From an uncultured Candidatus Bathyarchaeia archaeon (GTDB lineage: Archaea; Thermoproteota; Bathyarchaeia; 40CM-2-53-6; RBG-13-38-9): DNA of 54,517 nt. Shown here in pieces: positions 43,516 to 52,852 of the stretch. The position numbers and the translations under genes are program-made. Position 1 is the first letter of the stretch, and each line of letters begins with the position of its first letter. The stretch covers positions 1 to 54,517 of the forward strand of contig CAZRDQ010000002.1 of assembly GCA_964598945.1 (NCBI GenBank), in the 5' to 3' direction. The notes beneath the pieces are model-generated. The model was not told the origin of the DNA. It did no database searches and worked only from the letters and a program-made list of their open reading frames with translations.

Positions 43516-44667
43516 TTGAAACCAGTCTACATGGACTACAACGCCACTACACCCACAGACCCACAAGTTCTGGAGGCTATGCTTCCATATCTAAAGGATG
43601 ACTTCGGCAACCCTTCAAGCAGTCATGTTTACGGCCAGAGAGCCCATGAAGCAGTAGTCGCAGCCCGCGAGAAGACCGCTGCACTGATAGGCTGCGAACC
43701 TGATGAGATCGTCTTCACCAGCAGCGGATCAGAAAGTAATAATCAAGCCATCATAGGGACTGCAGTTGCACACGGAGTGAAGAGACACATAGTCACATCT
43801 CAGACAGAGCATCCAGCAGTTTTGAAAACATGCAGATATCTTGAGGAGAGACTGGGGTACAGAGTCACGTATCTTCCAGTCGACAAGTTTGGGATCGTAA
43901 GCACTGAAGATTTGGAGAAAGCCATCACAGACGATACTGTCCTCGTCACGATTATGCATGCTAACAATGAGACTGGAACCATTCAACCTATTGAAAAGAT
44001 CGGTGGGATTCTAGAAGAAAGAGACATTCCTTTCCATACTGATGCAGCCCAGTCCTGTGGGAAGGCCGACGTAGATGTAGACAGTCTTAACGTGGATCTC
44101 CTTACCATAGCAGGCCACAAGTTGTATGCTCCAAAAGGCATAGGAGCACTCTACGTTCGAAACGGAACGCAGCTGGACAGTCTAATCCACGGTGGCGGTC
44201 AAGAGCAGGGCAGACGTGCAGGCACAGAGAACGTACCCTACATCGCAGGGTTGGGCAAGGCCTGCGAGATAGCGAAGAGAGACCTCCCGGAGTTCAAACC
44301 TAGAATAAAAGCCCTCAGAGAAGGACTTTACCAAGGCATCTTGGACAAACTGGGTGGGGATTCCGTAGTATTGAACGGACACCCACGGGAGAGGCTTCCG
44401 AATACCCTGAATCTAAGCTTCAAAGGCCTAGTCGGAGAAGAGCTGCTGAGGGGTATTCCAGAGATCGCGGCGTCCACAGGCTCAGCCTGCCACTCAGGCT
44501 CCATGGAGCCATCTCCAGTACTGACAGCCATGGGATTACCCAAAGAGATTGCGTTAGGCGCTGTCAGATTTAGCCTGGGAAGATGGACTACCAAAGATGA
44601 GGTTGACTATACCGTAGACTTGGTCTACAAGAATGTGGGCAGAATTATGCTGCAGCTTGAGACCTAG
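43516..44667 (+). CDS. cysteine desulfurase (NifS/IscS class)
   Basis: From the TTG at 43516 it reads MKPVYMDYNATTPTD. Contains HANNETG, the PLP Lys in AGHKLYAPKGIG, and the active-site STGSACHSG. The track start at 43429 overlaps arsR. Confidence 0.9.
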   Translation: MKPVYMDYNATTPTDPQVLEAMLPYLKDDFGNPSSSHVYGQRAHEAVVAAREKTAALIGCEPDEIVFTSSGSESNNQAIIGTAVAHGVKRHIVTSQTEHPAVLKTCRYLEERLGYRVTYLPVDKFGIVSTEDLEKAITDDTVLVTIMHANNETGTIQPIEKIGGILEERDIPFHTDAAQSCGKADVDVDSLNVDLLTIAGHKLYAPKGIGALYVRNGTQLDSLIHGGGQEQGRRAGTENVPYIAGLGKACEIAKRDLPEFKPRIKALREGLYQGILDKLGGDSVVLNGHPRERLPNTLNLSFKGLVGEELLRGIPEIAASTGSACHSGSMEPSPVLTAMGLPKEIALGAVRFSLGRWTTKDEVDYTVDLVYKNVGRIMLQLET

Positions 44668-44696
44668 TCTTAGAAGCCATTGTTGGTTGTGAGACT

Positions 44697-45050
44697 ATGA
44701 GACTTCTGTTTGTGATCAACGATGCACCTTATGGAAGCGAGAAGGCATACAACGCACTCAGACTCATAATGGCGATACAGAAAGAGCATCCCCATATCGA
44801 AGTGCTCGTCTTTCTTTTGTCTGACGCTGTTAGCTGTGCTTTGCCCAATCAGTCTACACCGCAGGGATACTACAACATAGAGAGAATGCTTGAAGCAGTC
44901 ATAAGAAAAGGAGCCAAAGTGAAGATCTGCGGCAGCTGCATAGCTGCTCGCGGCATGGAAGAGCTGAAGTTGATCGAGGGATTGGAAGCAAGCAATATGA
45001 GCGAACTGGCAGACTGGGTTGTAGACTCAGACAAGATAATCACGTTCTAG
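44697..45050 (+). CDS. DsrE/DsrF/TusD-like sulfur-relay family protein
   Basis: 117 aa. Contains MRLLFVINDAPYGSEKAYNALRL and KICGSCIAARG. Confidence 0.8.
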   Translation: MRLLFVINDAPYGSEKAYNALRLIMAIQKEHPHIEVLVFLLSDAVSCALPNQSTPQGYYNIERMLEAVIRKGAKVKICGSCIAARGMEELKLIEGLEASNMSELADWVVDSDKIITF

Positions 45051-45078
45051 ACATTGGCGACAGAACATCCCTCGCAAA

Positions 45079-45705
45079 GTGACGTGGTTGCTAAGTCAAG
45101 ACACCAGCGACATGGAGAAGTTCGTCAGGTTCTGTGATTCTGATTTCGGCCGCAGGGTAGTTGGTCTAGAAGCAGAATACATCTATGGAGAACTGAAGGA
45201 CTGCCGCAGAGTCTTAGATGTTGGCTGTGGGATAGGATCCTTCGAATCCCGACTTCAGCAACTTAGCATCGTCGGCCTAGACAGATCCAAGGATATGCTG
45301 AATGAAGCAAAGAAGAGAAGCGGAGCCGAATACGTTCTGGGTGATGCCGAAAACCTGTGTTTTAAGGCTCTGTCGTTCGATGCGGTAATGTACATCACAA
45401 TCTTGGAGTTCATACCTGATTATGAAAAGTCCATTCAGGAAGCTTTTCAGGTCTTACAACCGAAGGGCAGATTACTGATCATGCTCCTAAACCCAATCTC
45501 GAGATATTTCAAACAGCATATCAATCGAGAGAACTCTTACTTCAGAAAAGTGAAGCACACAGAACTACCGCAAATCGAGAACTATGTATCGAATTTTTTT
45601 GTGGTGAGAACCGAATACTTCCTCGGCATAGATGGTGAAGATGTATTCGATTCTCACAGCGCGGAAAAATCAAGCTTGTACGTGATCAAGGGAGAAAGAA
45701 AGTGA
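45079..45705 (+). CDS. class I SAM-dependent methyltransferase
   Basis: Motif I VLDVGCGIGS, with acidic post-I and motif II regions. An alternative start is the ATG at 45112. Confidence 0.8.
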   Translation: MTWLLSQDTSDMEKFVRFCDSDFGRRVVGLEAEYIYGELKDCRRVLDVGCGIGSFESRLQQLSIVGLDRSKDMLNEAKKRSGAEYVLGDAENLCFKALSFDAVMYITILEFIPDYEKSIQEAFQVLQPKGRLLIMLLNPISRYFKQHINRENSYFRKVKHTELPQIENYVSNFFVVRTEYFLGIDGEDVFDSHSAEKSSLYVIKGERK

Positions 45706-46232
45706 AAGATCATTTGATCTGCCGTGCAATATACGAGAAGATTGGAAGGGCCGAGTCTGTAATTGATATCGGCTGCGGAGAAGGATATCTAGTCAATTGC
45801 CTAGCACAGAAACTGGGCAGAAAAGTCGTTGGATTCGACATTACAGATAAGGGATTTAGTGCCACGCATGATGTATGCAAGAGATTCGGGACGTGCCATC
45901 TAATACGATGTGTCAAGGGGGACGTTCACAAGATAAATAACTTCTTCAAACAAGAGAGTTTCGATGCAGCAATAATCGTATATACACTACATCATCTGGA
46001 GCACCCAATAAACGCACTGAGAATGATCGTCCAGACAATCAAGACTAACGGCAAAATCATAATAGGTGACTACTGGTTCACTGAGAGAAAGAAAAGGACT
46101 GAATGCTACCGATTCACAACAAAGGATATGAAGAATCTACTTCTTCGGAGTGGCTTCCGATTTCTGGGAGCGGACAAGATTGGGAAGGACTTTGTCTTGG
46201 TTGTCGGCGAGAAACCTGCCCAACAAGGGTAA
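45702..46232 (+). CDS. class I SAM-dependent methyltransferase (small, Cys-rich insert)
   Basis: Motif I VIDIGCGEGY. A 4-nt overlap with the upstream MTase. Contains CKRFGTCHLIRC (C-x5-C-x4-C) at 45876-45911. Confidence 0.8.
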   Translation: MKDHLICRAIYEKIGRAESVIDIGCGEGYLVNCLAQKLGRKVVGFDITDKGFSATHDVCKRFGTCHLIRCVKGDVHKINNFFKQESFDAAIIVYTLHHLEHPINALRMIVQTIKTNGKIIIGDYWFTERKKRTECYRFTTKDMKNLLLRSGFRFLGADKIGKDFVLVVGEKPAQQG

Positions 46233-46278
46233 TTTGACGGAACTCAAACCGGGCTGCACAAAAAATTGAAATCACTCT

Positions 46279-46683
46279 ATGGCCAACGCACATGGTGCAT
46301 CAAGAAATCTGAGGCCACATCAAGCAAGAATCAAGTGGAGACTATTGTTTAGAGAAGACTCGCTCCAGAAAAGAGCGTTGCAGGTTCTGCGGCTGAAACC
46401 TAACGCAACCAGATCAGAGATAAAGAAATCGTTCTGGAAACTTGCCTTGAGACACCACCCAGACAGAACGAAGGAAGGACTCGCCGGCGATAAGATAATG
46501 CAGCTGCTAGTTCAAGCTTACGAGCTTCTAACTGAAACATACGTCGACCCAAGCAAATACAAATTACTGGAGGATGATGAGCTGATACTCTCCATTCTTC
46601 CGAAGGGCACAAGAATAGAGCCGCTCCGCCCTACTTATGAGGAGTGGCATAAGAAGCATTTCTACGGCCATGGAGCACTGTAG
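46279..46683 (+). CDS. J-domain (DnaJ-like) protein
   Basis: LRLKPNATRSEIKKSFWKLALRHHPDR carries the HPD tripeptide. There is no Gly/Phe or Zn-finger region after it. Confidence 0.6.
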   Translation: MANAHGASRNLRPHQARIKWRLLFREDSLQKRALQVLRLKPNATRSEIKKSFWKLALRHHPDRTKEGLAGDKIMQLLVQAYELLTETYVDPSKYKLLEDDELILSILPKGTRIEPLRPTYEEWHKKHFYGHGAL

Positions 46684-46878
46684 TACTCAATTGGGATCCT
46701 AGGCGATTCACTCTTATGCTGTCATGTGATAACTAGGTTTCAATATCGTAGCGCATGCGTGCACTCTAAAGGAAAGGGATCCGGACAATTTTGTGGCGGA
46801 CCCGAGGGGTACAAGGCAGTTCTCCGACTGAGCCTCTACCGCAGCCGTCGGTATGTTGCGCTCAGTATGAACCTTGCA

Positions 46879-46891
46879 GAATAAAGAAAAG
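46879..46891 (-). terminator. pyrimidine/T-rich tract 3' of livK-like gene
   Basis: The minus strand reads CCCCUCCUCUCCCCCUCUUUUCUUUAUUC directly after the TAA at 46909-46911. Archaeal terminators are oligo-T tracts. Confidence 0.35.
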
Positions 46892-46908
46892 AGGGGGAGA
46901 GGAGGGGT

Positions 46909-48195
46909 TTAGTATCCTAGCTCCTGACAGGTGGCTAGGTACTCGGGCTTCCACGTGTGGCCTACGATCTCGAAGAAGTCGTACTCGCCGGTAGTCTTCT
47001 CTGGAGGCAAACCTTTGACCACGTACCATTCCTGTGTTGCTTGGCGGTCGCATGTCCTCCACTCTTCCGGCCCTTTATGATATTCGAACTTGTGGCCTTC
47101 AAGTTCTGCCTTGACCTTGTCAGAGTCTAGGCTTCCTGCTCTGTTTGCAGCTGCACAGATCTCCATCATCCCAACGTAGTTCCCGAGTGAGTATGCGTCA
47201 GGTGGGTGACCGTACTTTGTCATCCAGCGATCGATGAGGGCTTTGGCCTTTGATGCCCACGGCACGCTCTCGTTAGCCACCTTGTAATAGTAATCCATGC
47301 CAGCGTAGATTCCGTTGAAGGTCTTGGCTCCTCCAGCCGCGTAGGAGATAGCTGTCGTAGTGACAGTGATGCATACACCCATCCTTGTTTCCAGCCCGAA
47401 CTCGTGAACTTGTTTGAGGGAGTTTATCTGGTCGCTGCCGCCGGCGATCAGGACTAGAACGTCTGGTTTGGCTTCATCTGCCTTCTTTAGCAAGGCTGAG
47501 AAATCGGTTGTCCCTAGGGGGAATCTCTCGCCGCCGATCCATTCTCCATTGAAGACCCTCAGAGCCTCCTTGGTCATCGTCTCCTGTTCGTGGCCCCAGA
47601 CGTAGTCCACCGCGAGAGTGTAGTGCTTTGGTCCAACCTTCTCGATGGTGGTGGCTATATTTGCATATGCGGCGGTCTGGTTCACGGTCATTGGGAATGA
47701 GGTGTACGGGCTGAGCACATCCTTTGTGTGCATGGTCGTCTCGGTCTGATTTCCAACCATGAAATGTATCTTCTCTCTCTTTGAGACCTCATTGATCGCG
47801 AAGTTGTTCTGTGAGCCTATCTCGCCAACTATGAATGCAACCTTCTCCGTCTCGATTAGTTCCGTCATCCTCCTAGTTGCGACAGCCGGGGTTAGTTCTG
47901 TATCCCGAACCAGGTATTCTACAGGTCTGCCGAGGATTCCTCCGGCAGCATTAACATCGAGAACGCCTTCTCGAATTCCTTCCAGCAACTCATTTCCATA
48001 GTATGCGTAAGGTCCAGACATTGGTGCGGGAACAGCTATCTTCACTGGTTCACCCTTTGGTCCACCAGGGGTGGTTGTAGGGGGCTTCTGTGTCGAATAG
48101 TAATAACCTCCGCCTATTGCGGCCGCTGCCACTATGCCTGCACCGGCATACTTTATGAAATTGCGTCTGCTGACAGGTTTCTTTGATTCTGCCAC
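46909..48195 (-). CDS. livK: branched-chain amino acid (LivK-type, PBP1) ABC substrate-binding protein
   Basis: 428 aa. The N-terminus SRRNFIKYAGAGIVAAAAIGGG is a Tat-like signal or anchor. The rest is a type 1 periplasmic-binding fold. Confidence 0.88.
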   Translation of the reverse strand: MAESKKPVSRRNFIKYAGAGIVAAAAIGGGYYYSTQKPPTTTPGGPKGEPVKIAVPAPMSGPYAYYGNELLEGIREGVLDVNAAGGILGRPVEYLVRDTELTPAVATRRMTELIETEKVAFIVGEIGSQNNFAINEVSKREKIHFMVGNQTETTMHTKDVLSPYTSFPMTVNQTAAYANIATTIEKVGPKHYTLAVDYVWGHEQETMTKEALRVFNGEWIGGERFPLGTTDFSALLKKADEAKPDVLVLIAGGSDQINSLKQVHEFGLETRMGVCITVTTTAISYAAGGAKTFNGIYAGMDYYYKVANESVPWASKAKALIDRWMTKYGHPPDAYSLGNYVGMMEICAAANRAGSLDSDKVKAELEGHKFEYHKGPEEWRTCDRQATQEWYVVKGLPPEKTTGEYDFFEIVGHTWKPEYLATCQELGY

Positions 48196-48291
48196 GGATC
48201 ATATCACCAGTATATGCTCTGATCAAACCCTTCGTTTCAGACGTTATTTAAGAGTTGACACTCACTTTTATACAACTGATACCGGAGTAAA

Positions 48292-49185
48292 ATGCCGTTG
48301 ATCTCGATGGTCGCGATTGACCCTTCCTACCTTGTCACGCAGCTTCTTAACGGTCTGGTATGGGGCTTGGTGCTTGCGTTGATCGCTATGGGGCTGGCGT
48401 TGATCTATGGCTTGTTGGACATAGTCAACTTTGCGCATGGTGCCTTCTACGCTTTCGGCGCATATGTTGCCTGGCAGACTTTGCTGTCAGGCGGCAACTA
48501 TTGGGTTGCCTTACTGACGGTTCCAGCCGCGTCGATTCTTCTTGCCTTGTTCGTTGAGTCGACATTGCTGCGGCGGCTCTATGGCCAGGATACCAAGTTC
48601 ACACTGATCTTCAACTTCGGATTGATGCTGGTCATAGTTCAGGCCTGCAGATTCATCTGGGGCGCAAGGGGCAAGCCTATATCGATACCCAGTGAGCTGG
48701 CTTTCTCTGTCGACCTAGGATTACTCTCTTACCCGGCCTACCGCTTGTTTGTGATAGCCTTGACATCTGCAATTGCACTAGCAGTGTTCATCTTCTTGAG
48801 GAAGACTCACGTCGGGATGGCTACCCGGGCAGGTATACAGAACAGAGAGATGGTTCAAGTCCTCGGAGTAAACATCGGCAGGATATACACACTCATCTAC
48901 GCAATAGGGATATGCATCGCCGGAATAGCGGGGTTGGCTGCATCCCCACTCTTCGGAGTCTATCCTGAGATGGGGATTGAGGTGCTCATTCCAGCGTTCG
49001 TGGTCGTGGTGGTCGGAGGCATGGGAAGCTTTCACGGCTCAATACTTGCAGGCATATTGGTAGGACAGGTTGCCACCCTGCCGATCATCTGGGAGCCCAG
49101 AGTAGCACAGGTGATGATCTACGTCTTCATGGCCATCGTTCTGCTGGCAAGGCCAGCCGGTCTGTTCGGTGAGCTTGGAAGATAG
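48292..49185 (+). CDS. livH: branched-chain amino acid ABC permease LivH
   Basis: 297 aa. Contains NFAHGAFYAFGAY and VVVGGMGSFHGSILAG. Confidence 0.9.
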   Translation: MPLISMVAIDPSYLVTQLLNGLVWGLVLALIAMGLALIYGLLDIVNFAHGAFYAFGAYVAWQTLLSGGNYWVALLTVPAASILLALFVESTLLRRLYGQDTKFTLIFNFGLMLVIVQACRFIWGARGKPISIPSELAFSVDLGLLSYPAYRLFVIALTSAIALAVFIFLRKTHVGMATRAGIQNREMVQVLGVNIGRIYTLIYAIGICIAGIAGLAASPLFGVYPEMGIEVLIPAFVVVVVGGMGSFHGSILAGILVGQVATLPIIWEPRVAQVMIYVFMAIVLLARPAGLFGELGR

Positions 49186-50212
49186 GCTAAGATCACATGG
49201 GATCTCTTCGAAGTTGATTGATTTGGCTCAACGTGAAAAACTCCAGAACATTTTTGGATTGATCAATCAACATCCGATGTTAGTTCTAGCGATCGTCCTG
49301 ATTATCATGCCATGGGTGATGCCGTCATTCGCCGTTTCCACAGACATACTCATATTCGGCCTCTTCGCGATGGGATTCAACATCCTACTCGGGCAGACAG
49401 GGATACTCTCATTCGGTCATGCCACATTCTTCGGTCTGGGCGCCTACGGCACAGCGATGTTTCTTATGAAACCCCAGGCTGTACCTCGCGTTCCAGCCTC
49501 CTTGGGGATGTTTGGCTTTGTCACCGGCATTGCATTGGCTACAGCAGTTGCTGTGGGGATTGGAGCGCTCAGCCTTAGAAGGAAAGGAACATATTTCTCG
49601 TTGATTACCGTCGCTTTCAACATGATGGTCTACTTCATCTTCATTCAGAATCCTTTGGATCTGACTGGTGGAGGTGACGGCATCATAGGAATACCGACCC
49701 CGCCGTTGCTGTTCTTGGAGAGATGGAGGACTCCTGTGACTTGGTATTACTTCTGCATGGTGTTTACACTAGTTGCGGTTGCCATACTCAGGATCATACA
49801 AACATCCCCGTTCGGGGAGGTTCTCAAAGGTATACGCGAGAATGAGGAGAGGGTGATGCTTCTAGGATATGACGTTGCCAGATACAAACTGATAAGCTTC
49901 ACACTCTCAGGCCTCTTCTCGGGTCTTGCCGGCTCGCTTCTGGCCTTCCACCTGAACTTTGTGGGTTATGATACGCTCTACTGGATGGTCTCCGGCGAAG
50001 TTCTGATAATCACTCTCTTGGGTGGCTTCCGCACGTTCTTCGGCCCGTTAGTGGGCGCTGTCGCGTACATTCTATTGAAGGATGGCCTCAGCGCTATCAC
50101 TGAGAACTGGATGATCTTTATGGGTGCGGTCGTCATGGCGATAATTCTTGCGTTCAGAGGCTCAGGCATACTTGAGATGGCTGAGAAGCGCATCTACAAG
50201 GGCAGAGGATGA
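49169..50212 (+). CDS. livM: branched-chain amino acid ABC permease LivM
   Basis: 347 aa. Contains GQTGILSFGHATFFGLGAYG. Overlaps livH by 17 nt. Confidence 0.9.
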   Translation: MSLEDRLRSHGISSKLIDLAQREKLQNIFGLINQHPMLVLAIVLIIMPWVMPSFAVSTDILIFGLFAMGFNILLGQTGILSFGHATFFGLGAYGTAMFLMKPQAVPRVPASLGMFGFVTGIALATAVAVGIGALSLRRKGTYFSLITVAFNMMVYFIFIQNPLDLTGGGDGIIGIPTPPLLFLERWRTPVTWYYFCMVFTLVAVAILRIIQTSPFGEVLKGIRENEERVMLLGYDVARYKLISFTLSGLFSGLAGSLLAFHLNFVGYDTLYWMVSGEVLIITLLGGFRTFFGPLVGAVAYILLKDGLSAITENWMIFMGAVVMAIILAFRGSGILEMAEKRIYKGRG

Positions 50213-50247
50213 CCGCATGATAGATCATTTACGCTGGGAGTGAGTTC

Positions 50248-51000
50248 ATGAGCGCGATACTGCAGACAGAAGGGCTCACGTGCAGATTCGGTGGCCTTGT
50301 AGCTGTAAACTCAGTGGATTATAAACTGGAAAAAGGTCAGCTCGCATCAATAATTGGTCCCAACGGGGCGGGAAAGAGCACCTTCTACAAGTTGATCGTT
50401 GGCGTTCAGAAGCCTACTCAAGGCAGAATATTCTTCAACGGTGAAGATATCACCGATGTTAAACCCCACAAAAGAGTGGAGATGGGCATCGCGAAGTCGT
50501 TCCAGATCGTCCAGATCTTTGCTGACATGAGAGTTATCGAGAACATGGCGGTTGCCGCCCAGCAGAGCTTGACTAAGGATAGGCGCACGTTCTACCTGTC
50601 ATCATGGAAGAACAGCACGACGATGCAGAGATCGGAGGAGATCCTGAAAAGGATTGGTCTTCTTAATGATAAGGAGAAGAAGGCGGGGAGCTTACCGCAA
50701 GGGCATAAGAAGCGTCTTGAGATCGGCATGGCCCTTGCGACCGATCCGTCCCTGTTACTGTTGGATGAGCCGACAGCCGGCTCAACACCCGTTGAGACAC
50801 AGATGACAATGAACTTGGTGAAGGAACTCAGCAAGGATCTCTCGATAATTGTGGTTGAGCACAAGATGGATGTTGTGATGAATCTGGCTGAGCGGATTAC
50901 TGTGATGCATCAGGGAAGGATAATCGCAGACGGCACCCCCAATGAGATCAGAAATAATGAGCTGGTGAAGAACGTCTATCTGGGTGGTAGCGATGCTTGA
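50248..51000 (+). CDS. livG: branched-chain amino acid ABC ATPase LivG
   Basis: Walker A GPNGAGKST, signature-like LPQGHKKRLEIG, Walker B LLLLDEP. Confidence 0.9.
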   Translation: MSAILQTEGLTCRFGGLVAVNSVDYKLEKGQLASIIGPNGAGKSTFYKLIVGVQKPTQGRIFFNGEDITDVKPHKRVEMGIAKSFQIVQIFADMRVIENMAVAAQQSLTKDRRTFYLSSWKNSTTMQRSEEILKRIGLLNDKEKKAGSLPQGHKKRLEIGMALATDPSLLLLDEPTAGSTPVETQMTMNLVKELSKDLSIIVVEHKMDVVMNLAERITVMHQGRIIADGTPNEIRNNELVKNVYLGGSDA

Positions 51001-51685
51001 GGTACGTGACATTCACACGTTCTACGGTGACAGCCACATACTCTTCGGAGTATCACTTGAGGTAAAGGAGCAGGAGATAGTTGCGCTGCTGGGAAGAAAC
51101 GGTGTTGGAAAGACAACGACATTGCGGAGCATAATGGGGCTTACGCCCCCAAAGCAGGGCACGATACTGCTGAATGATGAAGACATCACGCGCGAGCCTA
51201 TTCACCGGCGAGCCAAGATAGGGATAGGGTACGTGCCAGAGGACAGAGGAATATTTCCCGGACTGTCGGTTCATGAGAACCTCACCATAGCAGCAGATGG
51301 CGTGGGCACGCCGGGGTGTAACTATGAGGATGCCTTCAGGTTCTTTCCCGAGCTGAAGAAGTATCTTCCTAACAAGGCTGGACGCTTGAGCGGGGGAGAG
51401 CAGCAGATGTTAGCAGTTGCAAGAGCTCTGGTGGGAACCAAGCATCTTCTGATACTTGATGAGCCCACGCAGGGCTTGGCTCCAATGGTCGTTGACAGAA
51501 TAACTCACGCCATTAAGGGGATTAGTAAGGAGACATCCATCCTTATGGTTGAACAGAACACTAACCTGGCGTTGCATCTTGCTGACAGAGTCTACATAAT
51601 GAGGGATGGGCACATAGTCTTCTCAGGAGCACCACAACAGGTTCGTGATAACCCGGAGATCCAATCCTACCTAGTCATCTCGTAA
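50993..51685 (+). CDS. livF: branched-chain amino acid ABC ATPase LivF
   Basis: From the ATG at 50993 it reads MLEVRDIHTFYG. Contains GRNGVGKTT, LSGGEQQMLAVARAL and LILDEP. The track start is the GTG at 50984. Confidence 0.9.
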   Translation: MLEVRDIHTFYGDSHILFGVSLEVKEQEIVALLGRNGVGKTTTLRSIMGLTPPKQGTILLNDEDITREPIHRRAKIGIGYVPEDRGIFPGLSVHENLTIAADGVGTPGCNYEDAFRFFPELKKYLPNKAGRLSGGEQQMLAVARALVGTKHLLILDEPTQGLAPMVVDRITHAIKGISKETSILMVEQNTNLALHLADRVYIMRDGHIVFSGAPQQVRDNPEIQSYLVIS

Positions 51686-51710
51686 AACCAACTTCTGAAG
51701 GCCCAGTACT
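51636..51710. repeat. direct repeat copy A (livF 3' end plus 25 nt downstream)
   Basis: 75 nt. Aligns without gaps to 52492-52566, with 64 of 75 identical by hand alignment. Confidence 0.85.
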
Positions 51711-51767
51711 TTGAATCTCGTGGGCGCAAGGAGTATCTCTAGGTGAAGGGGAGGATTGGGCGAGAAG

Positions 51768-52121
51768 TCACTTGGATTTGACTTGTCTAGGTGTTCTTGG
51801 ATAGGCTGGGATCTGTATTCTTGCTGCTTTCTCAGCCGCTTGTCTGCCTAGGGTCTGGTCCAGTTTCAGTAGTTCTTGGACGACTGTGTTGTCCTCGTTG
51901 AGTTTGTACAGTTCTGCTCTTCCAATCTTCCTTGTCTTCTTTATGAGTCCGGTGCGTTCTATTGCGGGCCATAGCTTGTAGAATGTGTTCCTGCTGACCC
52001 CTGAGCCTTCCATGATCTCGTTCCTGCTGTAGTCTAAGGACCTGTTGTCTATCAGAAAGTCTAGGATGCGGAGCTTGGGGTGGTTGCCTAGATACTCAAG
52101 CAGTAATGAGCTGCCCTTCAT
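51768..52121 (-). CDS. winged-helix DNA-binding protein
   Basis: 117 aa. Sequence LRILDFLIDNRSLDYSRNEIMEGSGVSRNTFYKLWPAIERTGLIKKTRKIGRAELYKL has an HTH-plus-wing pattern. Confidence 0.6.
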   Translation of the reverse strand: MKGSSLLLEYLGNHPKLRILDFLIDNRSLDYSRNEIMEGSGVSRNTFYKLWPAIERTGLIKKTRKIGRAELYKLNEDNTVVQELLKLDQTLGRQAAEKAARIQIPAYPRTPRQVKSK

Positions 52122-52195
52122 CTGTGTCGCCTCTGTATTATACTTGGGCAGTTAAATACTTAAATCTATACCAATAAAGTACAAAAATCATACTT

Positions 52196-52480
52196 GTGAT
52201 TGTCATGCTCACAGACTATCAGATTAAGTCGATCATTCTTGAGAAGCTCTACCGCAGAGGCAAATGGGGAGGAGCACACACAGCATCAGACAATATCAAA
52301 CGGTGGATACTCCCACGCAACCTCGGCAAGAACGGTAGGCGCATCGACAGGGCAATGAAAGAGCTGATAAAAGACAGATGGATAATCCTGAAACCAACCC
52401 ACTACGGTGAGCAAATATCTCTTAACCCACGTTTCAAGGGCCAAATAGAAGAATGGATCCAGGCACACTATCCAAAATGA
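52196..52480 (+). CDS. hypothetical small basic protein (possible wHTH)
   Basis: 94-aa ORF divergent from 51768..52121 across an A/T-rich 74-nt spacer. Confidence 0.4.
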   Translation: MIVMLTDYQIKSIILEKLYRRGKWGGAHTASDNIKRWILPRNLGKNGRRIDRAMKELIKDRWIILKPTHYGEQISLNPRFKGQIEEWIQAHYPK

Positions 52481-52491
52481 TCCAAGACTAT

Positions 52492-52566
52492 AACAGGTTC
52501 ATGATAACGAGGAGGTCCAATCCTACCTAGCCACCTCGTAGAATCAACCTCTGAAGCCCCAGCACT
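52492..52566. repeat. direct repeat copy B (relic livF-like 3' end)
   Basis: Translates in the matching frame to QVHDNEEVQSYLATS-stop, against QVRDNPEIQSYLVIS-stop in livF. Preceded by an in-frame TAA, so it is non-functional. Confidence 0.85.
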
Positions 52567-52852
52567 CGCACCGCTCTTTACCACGACGGTATGTCGAATG
52601 TTCTGTTAGATTAGTGTACGCCTTCTCCTGACTTGACACCACGCTCTGACGCTTAGGTATTGACCGAAGAGCTTGAATGAATTAAGTTGCCTCAGGACAT
52701 ACAGTTGGATTCTTTGAATTGGCTGCACGCGGCGCGTAACCCAAGTTCAAGAATCTGTATCAGGGACATCAACAGGCTGTACGAAAAACACTTAGTTACC
52801 TTTTCGAGATACCGATCAGAGATACAAGTATCATCAGATCGAAGGCAGTCTC

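Noticed and set aside
45876-45911. The C-x5-C-x4-C insert of the second methyltransferase as an ArsM-type As(III) binding site.
   Set aside because: Its position, between motif post-I and motif II, does not correspond to the ArsM Cys triad as I remember it. It is kept only as a note inside the operon finding, not as a functional call.
46791-47062. ORFs 46791..46994 (+) and 46862..47062 (-).
   Set aside because: They overlap the 3' end of the livK-like gene and its pyrimidine-rich terminator region. They are Arg/Ser/Pro-rich translations with no motif.
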